A stretch of DNA of 48,134 nucleotides, counting the filler. It is 3 parts of 3 records of this genome, joined end to end, with 100 filler letters (N's around TTAATTAATTAA, not from the genome) between each part and the next. Parts side by side here need not be neighbours in the genome. Positions count along the whole stretch, not along the records: positions 1 to 24,431 come from SRR20825014_186; 2 more parts are not named here. One strand, written 5' to 3'. This document shows positions 1 to 11,400 of this stretch, piece after piece; the stretch's first letter is position 1; each line of letters starts with the position of its first letter. Both the position numbers and the translations under genes were made by a program. The notes under the pieces are model-generated. The model was not told where the DNA came from, did no database searches, and worked only from the letters and a program-made list of their open reading frames with translations.

Positions 1-1851
1 TCGAGGAGGAGGCTCCTTAACACTACCAATACCACAACGGAGCAGTACCCAGGAATACCCTTTGTTACAATCGGTACCGCCAACAGCTCCGCAAACTCTA
101 CCCCCGGTGCTCTACGACCTGCATCCTCCTCCAGCCGATTACACCATCAACACAATAATAGTAACCGCTCTCACCAGGTAACTGCAGGGGAGGTGGTAGC
201 TGCTACATTAAATGCAGTACGACCTCGTGGATCCACTACTACCCTCGAGGACGACCCCCGCCACCACCCTTTTCAGTTTAACACCGATAATAACAATTAT
301 GGTGGAGTAGATGGTGGTAGTAGTCGGTATGATGGTGTTGCCTCTTCCCCATCAGGCAGCCCCCATCATCAACTCCCACGACGCCGAAGTGCATTTTCCT
401 CAATGAACCCTGCACCTTCTCCAAACAACAACACCACCACCACGGAATGGTCTCCCCCTCATGTAACCCATGCAGGTGGGGGTATGATGGGGGGTGTTGG
501 CAGTAGTTCACCATTGCCACACCACCAGCAACAACAGCGAGGGGGTGCATACAATGATGATAGTAGTGGGTCTCCACTCCTAGTTGTAACCTCCCCTATC
601 ACCTCTTCTAGCCGCACCACCAACAACACCAATGCCAGTCTCCTCTCAGCACCCAATTTCCGTGATGCGTTTGCTGGAAATATGATGGGACATTCCTTAT
701 CATCGTCATCATCGTCGGAAAAGGGGGCTGTGGTGGATTCTGGTTCCAATGTGGATGATGAGGAATGTCATTATGATGACGGCTTCTCCCTTGAGGCGCT
801 TTGCCGAGATTCCACCATCTCGAGTGCCCTTGCTTCCAAACTAACCACCAAACAGCGACGCCTCTTCAATTTACTGTCACTTGCAGCTGATACTACAAAA
901 CCTCCATCATCGACATCATCATCAATAAGACGAAGAGGAAAAGAGGATGCTGAGGACAGTGATAGGAATTTAACGTTGCGACAGTTGGTAATGGAGGAGG
1001 GGTACTCCACATCGGATATTCAAGCTCTACTGTCCGTCCTTCTCCCTGCACAACAAAAACAATATGGCAAGTCCATCTCGGCCAAATTACTACTATCGGC
1101 ATCAAAAGGACACCACCACAACTCCTCGGTGGAAGAGGAGGATGATGCACTGCACCCTATGGTAGGTGGTGCTTCTGGTGGGGAGGGGGGTCATGAGGAA
1201 GTTCGTGCCTCCCACACACTTAGTGTACCCTTCTTCTATGCCCCCTATCGTCAGACCAAAGGGGAGGCCAAGACTAGCCGCCTGCAAGAGATCTCCACCA
1301 CTACCCACCGCCCTAGCTCTGTATTTACTTCAAAGGAATACCGACAAAAGAACCAACCACAACCACAAAGCCAATCAGTACAGCACAACAAGTCATCAAA
1401 TGTCGCTGAGAGAACCACATCCGGAGCACGTAAAACCTCCTCCACGTTGGGTAGTGCGTTGGCAAGTAGGACATCCGTACCAGATGGAGCTAATAGTGGT
1501 GATGGTGGTGGTGGTAAGGTATCTGCTACCACCTCCACCACCCCAGGGATACGTCACACAGCTGCATCCAGCAGCTCGTCTAATCACATATCGGGAGCTA
1601 CCGTGCGACGTATCATCTCCAAGACCGCTCCCCTCAACATAAACAACAACAATTATCACCCTGATGGTAATGTGGATGAGGATGGGGATGCAGGAGAGGG
1701 GTATCCCGCCAGAAGTAGTAGTACTAAAGGTGCTACTAGGAGGGGTACAGCATCTGCAACCCCATCGGCAAGGAAGGTATCTGTATCGGGCAAGTCTCGA
1801 TGGGGCCACGGCTCTCCTCTCACCGAGGTGGTCATCGCCGGTACTTTCTAG
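1..1851 (+). CDS. Hypothetical low-complexity (S/T/G/H/N-rich) protist protein, 5'-partial
   Basis: Frame 1 is open from base 1 (TCG AGG AGG...) to TAG at 1849-1851, so the 552-aa track ORF starting at GTG 193 is only part of it. Composition matches the neighbouring giant ORF. AT-rich intergenic sequence starts at about 1903. Confidence 0.75.
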   Translation, partial: SRRRLLNTTNTTTEQYPGIPFVTIGTANSSANSTPGALRPASSSSRLHHQHNNSNRSHQVTAGEVVAATLNAVRPRGSTTTLEDDPRHHPFQFNTDNNNYGGVDGGSSRYDGVASSPSGSPHHQLPRRRSAFSSMNPAPSPNNNTTTTEWSPPHVTHAGGGMMGGVGSSSPLPHHQQQQRGGAYNDDSSGSPLLVVTSPITSSSRTTNNTNASLLSAPNFRDAFAGNMMGHSLSSSSSSEKGAVVDSGSNVDDEECHYDDGFSLEALCRDSTISSALASKLTTKQRRLFNLLSLAADTTKPPSSTSSSIRRRGKEDAEDSDRNLTLRQLVMEEGYSTSDIQALLSVLLPAQQKQYGKSISAKLLLSASKGHHHNSSVEEEDDALHPMVGGASGGEGGHEEVRASHTLSVPFFYAPYRQTKGEAKTSRLQEISTTTHRPSSVFTSKEYRQKNQPQPQSQSVQHNKSSNVAERTTSGARKTSSTLGSALASRTSVPDGANSGDGGGGKVSATTSTTPGIRHTAASSSSSNHISGATVRRIISKTAPLNINNNNYHPDGNVDEDGDAGEGYPARSSSTKGATRRGTASATPSARKVSVSGKSRWGHGSPLTEVVIAGTF

Positions 1852-2280
1852 TCTCTGGTCTGCAGAATGTCACCAGATAGTGTAACATCACCGGCTATTC
1901 TTTAATAAAATTTACACTGTTAATTTGTACACTTTTTCACTTTTATATTTTTATCCTTTCTCTACCTGGTGTTTGTTATTATTTTTAAAAAACCCAACAA
2001 TGTCTAGTTTGATACATTTCATATCACCTCACCTCCTTTCTTTTTAATTCAAAGATTTACCACTTAGTAGTAGTAGGAGCACACACATACACACACACGT
2101 AACGCAGTGTCTTTACCCACACGCAATACCTACCCCCCCGAAATATTAGCAGCAGATCTACGAACGACCAAAATCGGAATTTTCTTTGAAACAAGAATAA
2201 TAAGATCCGTCCCCCCTTTTCACTCTTTCCCTCGTCGTGGTGCTCTCTAAAAAGATAACAATTCAAAGTCAAAGAATCCT

Positions 2281-2335
2281 CACATTCTTTTTCTTTATAT
2301 CGTCACGTACTTTGATTTTTATCCTTTCAAAAAAG
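2281..2335 (+). promoter_or_regulatory. Candidate trans-splice acceptor (polypyrimidine tract + AG) for the giant ORF
   Basis: T/C-rich tract ending ATCCTTTCAAAAAAG (AG at 2334-2335), followed by an A/C-rich 5' UTR and ATG 2422. Alternative tract+AG sites end at 2054 and 2254. Confidence 0.5.
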
Positions 2336-2421
2336 ATAGAGATCAATTCATCAATTAAAAACAACATCAACTACAACATTACACCAGCATCACACCTATA
2401 AAAATAATAATACAATACACT

Positions 2422-5400
2422 ATGGGTTCAGGTGGTTCTACTGTTTCTGGTGCTGCAGATTTGTCGCGATCTCCGCCAGGAGCCAACAACAAGGTAGCCT
2501 CGCCTCCGACTAGTGGGTCGCCCTCCCAGTCAGGCCGTCCCTCCTCGTCATTAGCATCCCCAGGCCCGTCACCCCCACACCCAAATCGCAACCCAAGGGG
2601 CACAGCTCCACGACGCCACCATTCTCTAGGCGGCGGCCCTACCTCGTCCTCGTTTGGAAGCAATGGTGGGGATAGCAGTCCCCCATCTGTCACATTCCAG
2701 ACTGCAGCTGACAGCGGTGGACGAGGAGATCATAAATCCGGTGGTGATGGTCGCCATAAACCATCCTCTACTTCTGCTCGAACATTACACGTTCATGGTG
2801 GTGGAAACAATACAATTTCCTCCTCCCCAAACCCTATACCCAAATCCAGCTCCTCCCACCAGCAGCAGCAGCTACCCGGCTCAGATGCTACACAATCTCA
2901 CCAGCCGGTAGTTCATCAGCTAGGAGACGTCACCTTCGACAATGTAGCCCAAGCCATCCCGAGTATCAGAAATCGTCGTCAGTGCAATCCTACCGATTAT
3001 CTGGGCTCCGAGGAGAATTCTTCAACTTTCCCGGATGCGTATTTGTGGTTGAATGATTCTGTTATCCGCCTCCAGGCTGAGAGGGGACGGAGGCAGTTAT
3101 CCAAACAACTACGCCAACAACGTAGCGCTAGGCGAGACCAGCAACCAACCCTTCTCGACTTTGTTGGACGGGACTCAAACGCAAAAGAAAAACAAAGTGA
3201 TGAGCGGGAGAAGGAGATTCAGGAGGCCTCCATCAACCGTATCCTTGCTGGCGCAGCTGTGAGGGGTGGTCAACAACCAAATAACAACATCACCACCAGC
3301 ACCACAGGCTCCCCCCACAACAACAACAACAACAAACCCCCACGCTCAGCACCTCACCACAAACGACACCGTCGTTCCTGCCCCCTCCGACAATTATCTG
3401 CTCTTCGAGATAGGATATCAATATTAGTAGAGAGGGCCCTGCTCGAGGATGTCTCCCCTACATCTCCCCCTCCCCCACTACGTACTACTGATAAATGTAA
3501 TGATGATCCACTTGACAGCAACAACAACAAGAGGCAACACAACAACAACAACAACAGTAGCAGTAACATCAATAACGTGGCGACGACATCCTCTTCGTCC
3601 TTGTCTGCAACTAACAACAACAACACTACCAGCAATGCTGTTTCTGGTGCGACGAAGGCGTGTCGGCTTTCTACGTCCCAAACACGTGGCCCATCTGAGA
3701 AGCAGATTGGGGAGGGTGGTCCGGGTTACAGCCCCATGCAGAGCTTCACTTCCTCGGAGACTCCCCATATTAAACAAATGGATGGAGCTACTACCACTAC
3801 TACCACCTCCTCCCCACACCCCCAACATCACCAGCAACCACATCATCAGCTCCCCATTCCCACCACCACCACATCATCCTCATCCCCAGCCATCAGTGCG
3901 ACTGGAAAGTTAAATTTGAGTGGGGGGTCCACCTCCGGAGTACTACCGCCACTAACCCCCACACATGTGGAGGCTGGTGCCACAGCCCCCTCTGCTGCTC
4001 CTCCAACAGTCTTCAACGCCCCCGGTATGAACATAGTATTGACTGTTCCTGTGACAAATTATCATCACCGCCAGAAGATGGAACAGCTGCCCACCGTTAA
4101 TTTCCCAGTTCCTGTTCCAGGGCTGTCGTCACAGGAAACTAGCAATGCCAACACTTTCCCTTCATCCCCCCTCTTAGGCGCTTCCGAATCTTCCCCCAAA
4201 ATGTCCCTCACTATTCCAACTACTACCAGTACTGTCCAAGACACACAGGAATTCTTATCGGATTTTACAATTGAGAGGGTGTTGCATGTAACAGCTCTGA
4301 GGGAGGATTTACTAGAGGCTGAGGGGTGTAACTCAGAGGCCTCTTCGGATGTGGTGAAGGAACGTTGGGAGCTACTCCATGGATATTCCAAGCTAATCTT
4401 CAAGTCGTACGGGTCTAAGAATAGGTGCGCCAAGTTACAGAAGCTTCACTCGTTGTACAGGAAGGAATTACGGGATCTGCGTAGGGTGGAGAGGGAGGCA
4501 AGGAGGAGGATTCTGTCATCAGCCGCTACTGCCTCTCAGAAGGAGCTCAAGGAGCTAGAGTCCCACATCGATGGCTGGAGTGGTATGTTATATAAGTATT
4601 TCAAACATTGGGGGCAGGTTAAGTCCGAGAGGGCCTTCTCAAAGCTGTCTAAGAACACCATCGGTAACCGTCTAATCGATGCCCAAACGGCCCTACTTCA
4701 CCAATACGAGATGCTACAGGTGGACTACCTTCGACAGGCAAGTGGGGTAGAGTTCAACCCCATCCCTGCCCCCTCAGTAGCTGATCCGTATGGAGGCATG
4801 TTGGCGGATGATGCTGTAGACGCTCCGTCGACTAGTGATGCATGGCTCGATCGCCATCAGACAGCCCTCCAGGCAGCCGCTGCCGGACTACAAGTACTCT
4901 ACTCTGTGTACGGCTTAGCAAACTCTGGCAGTATGACCCCCAGAAATGTATTATTCCTTCATGCCAAACGAAAATTAATTCGTTCGTTTTCGAATAAATT
5001 GGCCCAATCTGCTCATTTTATGGCTGTTTCGTCGCCAACAACAGCAGCAGCTGCAACTTCCCAAAGTCGGCGGTATGGAGGTGTTACACTTCCCACCGGT
5101 GTGCGCCGTGCAGCCCTCCCCCCATTGACTACTTCTAATAATAGACATATTCAAGAGGATCTGGGTAGCGGGGGTTGGGGTGATAGCGACTCGGCTGCTT
5201 CGCCCCAAGAGCCCTCCCCTACAGCCTCCTGGAACAAAGGAGGTCTTGGCGGCGCTGCTACGACTTCGAAGCAAAATGCATCCGCTGCGTTACGCCGCCG
5301 TCAACGGAATGTTTTTAGAGAGTTGGTCGAGCATGCTGTGCTTCATGAAGATCGTAACCCAACTCCTGCCCCTGCTGCAGTTCCCCCGTCAACAGACAAG

Positions 5401-8400
5401 GAAGCCCAGCCAGATTCATCGTCCCCCAGCAATAAGGGTACCGCATCCTCCTCCATCTTCTTTCCTGCATCGACCAAGGGCATGCTGGTCATCAACCCGT
5501 CCACTAATAATAATAACGGTACTTCCTCATCATCCCTTCCAACTACTATAACTACATTATGTGACTGTTCCGATTGCTCAGATTCGGAATGTTCTGACTG
5601 TGGTGATCATGTCGATGGTGGTGATGGAGGTGGGGATGATAACGTACAACTTGCTACATCAACTACCTCTACTCTTCATAACTACCACCAACATGGCCAT
5701 GCCCACCATACTTCCCACCCCCATTATCACACCACCACTGCTATTAGTAGTAGCAGTGGTAGTAGCCCCCAACATCCTGCAAGGGTCCCCGCTAATAAAG
5801 GATCTCCGCTTATTGTCGCCACACTACCACCACCACCTCCCACCTCCTCATCTACCCGCCACCACATCCGTGACTGTTCCACGAGGCCAGGGGGTAAGCT
5901 GTTTATTCAACACCTGAGGGGTGCATGCGGGTTGGTACCAGTAGGATACCGAGGTGTTATGCATACTGCGAACCTTACTGATAATTCCAACAACAACAGC
6001 TCCAACATACCCTCCGGAAGGCGAAGTGGAAAGCGCCGTGTTGCAGCATCTGGTACAGGTGCAGCAGCCGTCGCTCAACGAAGCAGTGGTTTGAGTCAGC
6101 AAGGTGGTGGTGTTGGTAGTTCTGGTGGTGGTGTTGCACCTGCTGTGAATACCTCCTTCTCCTCAATGGCTTCTCAAGATGATATGGAGTACGTACGAGC
6201 CATATCAAGGGGCTCTATCAACAGTCGTGTTATTGCCACAGGGGGGGCTGTGCGGCCTGGCTCCAGCTCCTCATCCCCTCGTGTCGGACGAGTTGGTACC
6301 AACACCACCACTACCACTACCACTAACAATAATATTAGCAACAATACAACTGCATTGTTAGTAGGGCAGTCTCAGAATTCTTCCGGAGCGTTTTCCCCAG
6401 TGGCTGGGAATTCAAGGAGCGATGTATCTTCATTATCATCATCAAGATCTGATGATGATGGAAATGATGGAGGTGCGACAGGCTTCAGTCAGATGGTCCA
6501 GGACGACTCTACTCCAGCCTCCAACTCTCGTCGTCCACAGCGCCGTGTTCGTGGGTCGTACCGCCACCCCAATACACATCATACCGTCTCCAAATCGTCG
6601 TCTCGCAGACCAGGTGATATCAACACATCTATCTCGTCGTCCTGCACGACACATCCACGTCATCATCATCATCATGGTGGGTCCTCCTGGCTAACAGAAA
6701 CCATCGCCGAGATACTCTTCCCTGGGGTTATAAATAACGTTTCTGGCGGTGGGGGTCTTGGGGCCCGGACCGATTCGAGCTCTAACATGATCTCAATTCT
6801 TAGAAATCCTCTGTCATCGGGTGGTGCAACAACTGGTAGTGGGGCTGGCGGAGCACGACGTGTGCCCTCCCAAACCGTACCCGCCACAAGCACATGGGGC
6901 AATAAGAGCCTTACTTCTGAGAGTGGTGGTGGGCTGGGTAACAGGACCTTTGGAAGTAGTGTCACCAGCGTCGGCTGTGGAGCTACCCCCCTCCAATCGG
7001 GTGGTATTGTAGGTGATAGTGCAGCTGTTACGTGGGCAGCCTCTGCCGATGCACCACCCCTCTCTGTTCACAGCAACACCGCCATCGATGCTGACAACAA
7101 TACCACCACATCATCCCCCAACCAACGCCCACAGTCCCAACCTGTTGGTAACAATAGCTTTGGTACGAGGAGTAGTACAGGTGGTGGAGGTGCGCCTGTA
7201 TTGGCTCCCTCCGCTATATTCGAACCCAGACCCCCTGTCCGTGCCTCCAGTACTGTCGGAGGACAGGCAGCAGATACGTCTCTAGAAGGCTCGTTGGTAA
7301 GCTCTAAACAGACCCCACAGATGGTTCCCATGTTTGCTCAGATGGGTCACCTAAGGTCCGAGGGAGCAGAGGATAGCCAAGGCACCATTGACCCATACAG
7401 TGCCATCTCACACGTCTCACTAGCAACACATGTTGGCGGTGGTGGTGTTGGAGCAAGTGGTAGTGGCCGACCACAATCGGTAGGTGGACTGATGTCTGAT
7501 CAGACGACGAGTAATAACGGCTCCATATCTTCTCCCGTGGCTGGGAGCCAATTCCGTCGACGAAACTACGCCTCTACCATGAACAACAGTATGAACCAGT
7601 CACCAACTTTTGGATCTCCCAACTCTGCTGCCATCAACCTGTCATTGCCATCCCCCCCTGGTGCGCAAAAGCAACAGCAACACTCCTCCCCAGCAGCAAC
7701 CCACAATTCTCATCACAGTAACGTAGTTAGTCCCCTCCCTGTGACCTCCCCTGACCCCTCCAGCGCAATCCGACAACGCATAGTGAACATTGCCTCTGGG
7801 AGGCGCTCTGTTAGCGCCCTTGGCGATGCTTCCCCCCCTGGTGCGACCGTATCAGGGGCTACGTCCCTATTGGCGCTTGTACGTGAGGAGAGGGTGGTTG
7901 TTACGTCTATTTTCAACATGACCCTTAGTCCCAAATACTATGTTCAGCTGGAGTATCTTGTTCGGAAATACACCCGAGTGGGAAGGGAGGTGCTAGCACG
8001 GCTCCCTACATCACCAGCTACCGCCAATGGTGGAGTTACTACCTCCGTCAGTGGTGAGAGTGGTATGATAGGCACTACTGCTAACAACAATGGTACTTCG
8101 TCTATGGATAGTACCTCATCCCCACAGCCACCACCCATGCGTCGTGGATCGGGGCCCCATCAACCATCCAGGCCGGCCTCCCTTCGAGGTGCTAGCCACC
8201 ATAGTTCCCCTGCTGCCTCCTTTGTCTCGCAAGGATCCCTTCTAACCACTTCTACACGAGCATCTGCAACTACAAAGATGTCCAACAAGAATACTGCAAC
8301 TCAAGGGGATGCCTCGTCGCCTGCACGAACCGCGACTGCTGCAACCTCAACATCCGTACCAGAGGAAGTCGACTCCGAGGAGGCAGCTAGCTGGCTTAGG

Positions 8401-11400
8401 GAGCTACTCATTGCCCGCAGTGGAGCTAACTTCCCCCAATCTGCCGTCAAGTCCCTCATCTCTACCTTTGCTAGCAGTTACATCAACGAGCACTCTAAGA
8501 GGTTATCAGCGTCGATGTCAGCCGCAGCGGATCTTGAACCCTTTGTTGCGACGGCAACGAGCCAGCAGCGCCTTGTTCGGGCATCTGGAGTAAACCCTTC
8601 TGTGAAATTCCTCTCTCAGTTTGCTGAGCACCACCTTGGCTCCATAAACCTCTCAACAGCGGCTCCAGGGTCGGGCAGCGAACAGATGCGGTACTTGCGC
8701 ATTGCTGCAGCTACTGAGCTTTACAAGGGTGTCCTACACCCCTTCGCAATCGACGTAACCCATGCCCCTAGTTGCGTGAAGGAAATGATTGGCGAGAAGC
8801 GGCTTGTGAGTGGTGCTGGTAGCGGTCAGAATCGACACATGTCTACTTTCTTTCCCATGCCAGATCCTCACATGTTCGCGGCCCCACATCACCACCCCGG
8901 TACCACCACCTCATTACTATCACCTTCCGTCGATGAGCAGTTCGTATTGGCAATGGATCAAGTCTACAGATTACTCCTAGTCGCAGAAACCAAGACCACA
9001 ATCCCCCTCTCGGTCCTCATGAGTAAGGTCGCCCCCCTCATTCTTAGCTACAAGATCACGTTTATTAATAACTGCTTCCACAAGGATGCGCGACTTGCAC
9101 AAAAGGCTAAGAACGACGAGAGGAGGAGGCAGCACCAGGTGGCCATGCAGAGGTACAACAGTATGGTTCAACAGATTATTGCCACCCATCAACAACACAG
9201 AGTCCTCCAACAACAGCAGTCCCAACGTGGTAGTGATGGTGGTAGTATCCGGACAAGCAACTCTTCTCAAAGCAACAGTGGTAGTGGGAGTAGTACAAGG
9301 GGCTTTGCCCAGCCCCTGCAGCTTCCACCCCCTCCCCCTCCACCAGAGCATCTCGAGCTGTTCCCCCCAGTGTTGAGTTTACAATCCTCCGATGTGCTTT
9401 ACGGTACGACCCGAACAGTCAAGCACCACGTCTCTCTACCAACGACTGCTGTATTGGTCTACAACACCAACAATAACAACAGAGCCATCAACAAGTATGC
9501 CTCGCCTGTCACTGCCCCCACACAGAAGAAGCCTAATGGCAACGAGCCACGTCGCCGACCTACTAGGAGGAGCAAGAAGGGCTGCGATCCGTCTACATCA
9601 TCAAAACGTCACCACTCTGCATCCACCACCCCATCAGGCACCAATATCGGTATTACTAACCACATTACTAACCAAGCTGGTGCGTGGACGGGCCTGATGG
9701 CTGCTTCTGTCATCACAACCCAAGTCCTACGCCTTGTAGCAGGGGCCTGCCAGCAAGGGGGAGTAAGTCACAATCACAATAACAACTCCTCCTTCGACGC
9801 GGGGTCTATTATGGGGACGACTGGGTGTAGTGAGGCGCCGGCGCTGGTGCATACCCTCGAGTCGGTTGCACAGTGTATCACGACATGCTGCCGTACTGGA
9901 AGTTCGAACCAACTACTAGGAAAGCAGCCTCCCACTGTACACGATGTCTCTACCCACAATGCCACCCCAAGCACCTCATCAGCTTCCTTCCTCCAAACAC
10001 CAATCTCTCAACTCGCCAGTACGAACGTTAACGTTACCGCAACCTGCTCCTCCATTGGCGGTGAGTCGGATACTTCCCCACAGGGTACTTCCCCACAGGG
10101 TGCATGTGCACAGGCATACGCCACCTCTGTTGCCGTATCTGCCGCTCCACATCAGCTCTCACAGTTCCGTTCCCGTCCGTTGCTCCCATGGCTCTCACGG
10201 GCACAATCCCACCAATTACGAGCCTTCTCGGTTATTGCTGATGACATCCGCTTCGCATCTTTACAGCCAACCCCCCCAGGCGCAAACTTCCCCATTGAAG
10301 TGTTCCCACATACATACCACGGCCTAACCGGTGTATCTACTAGCGGTGCTACTACTGTAAAAGTACTGTATCCTGCCCAGTACGAGATACAGATGAAAGA
10401 GGCACAAAGACAGCTATTTAAGTGGGCAAAGGAACATGTGCAGAACCTGGCATTACTCGGTGCGCAGCTTGCAGTTTCCACCATATCTTCTACTCATCCC
10501 CTTCCACATCAGCAGCACTCATCTTTTCCCATGTTTAAGTCTGCTGTCGTCCTACTTCGTACCCCTGGTGGACTCGCATCCGATCTTTTTGAGAACCATC
10601 CTCATCATTTAGATGTTCCTGCTGGTGGTGGATCTGCACAATTGGTTTCACTGGGGGCCTCATCTAGCATGTCCAGTAGGCGTGAGGCACGAAGAAAACA
10701 ACAACTGTCCGAGAAGACAATTCAAGAGGAGGAGGATGATGGCAGTAGTAATGACACCGACGCCTTCTCTCTTCCCCTTAAATCACCCCTATCGGGAAGC
10801 CTAACTCCCCCTCTTGTTCTCCAACAACAACACAACAATCATCGTCATCAAAATCCAGGCATCCTGATTAAGTACGCAGATGTTGTATCACAATCATCAT
10901 CGGCCCTTGGACCCAAAATCCCCTCGGCATCCGCAACCTCTGCCCGTATCGACTCCTGGTTTACAAATCTCGTGGAACACCAACGGGTAAGTGTTTTAAA
11001 GAACGTCTTGGCGCAGACCCACAGGCAAAATTCCAATGATGTATTCTTATTCCACCCTTCTCTTCTTCGGTCTAAGCATCGTCGTAAGCGCACCACCCGG
11101 GGACTGTACTTGGCTGCCCAGCGACGTGCTGCATCAGTAGCGGGCGCTGCAGCTGCCAGCCGTCACCATGGTGGAGGCGGTGGTGGTGGTGACACTACCG
11201 ACGGCTCTCATCGAAGCGGTTCTGTACAACAATACCGAGGCTCCACCTCAACTCGTGGTGGCAACAACTCCTCCCACGAGGACAGTAGTACCGGCTCCAA
11301 CAACAACGGCAACAACTCTGCTCGTAGTAATGATCCACGCCGTGTCAATGCTTCTAGTACCACTTCGCGTGGTGCTACTGGAGCGGGCGGTGGTGGAGGT

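Noticed and set aside
1849..1908. TAG reassignment or readthrough (17 open codons then TAA TAA after ORF1; 41 open codons after the PP2C TAG)
   Set aside because: 6604 consecutive codons contain no in-frame TAG, so it is not a sense codon. The giant ORF's tail hits another TAG after 13 codons. Tail lengths are compatible with chance.
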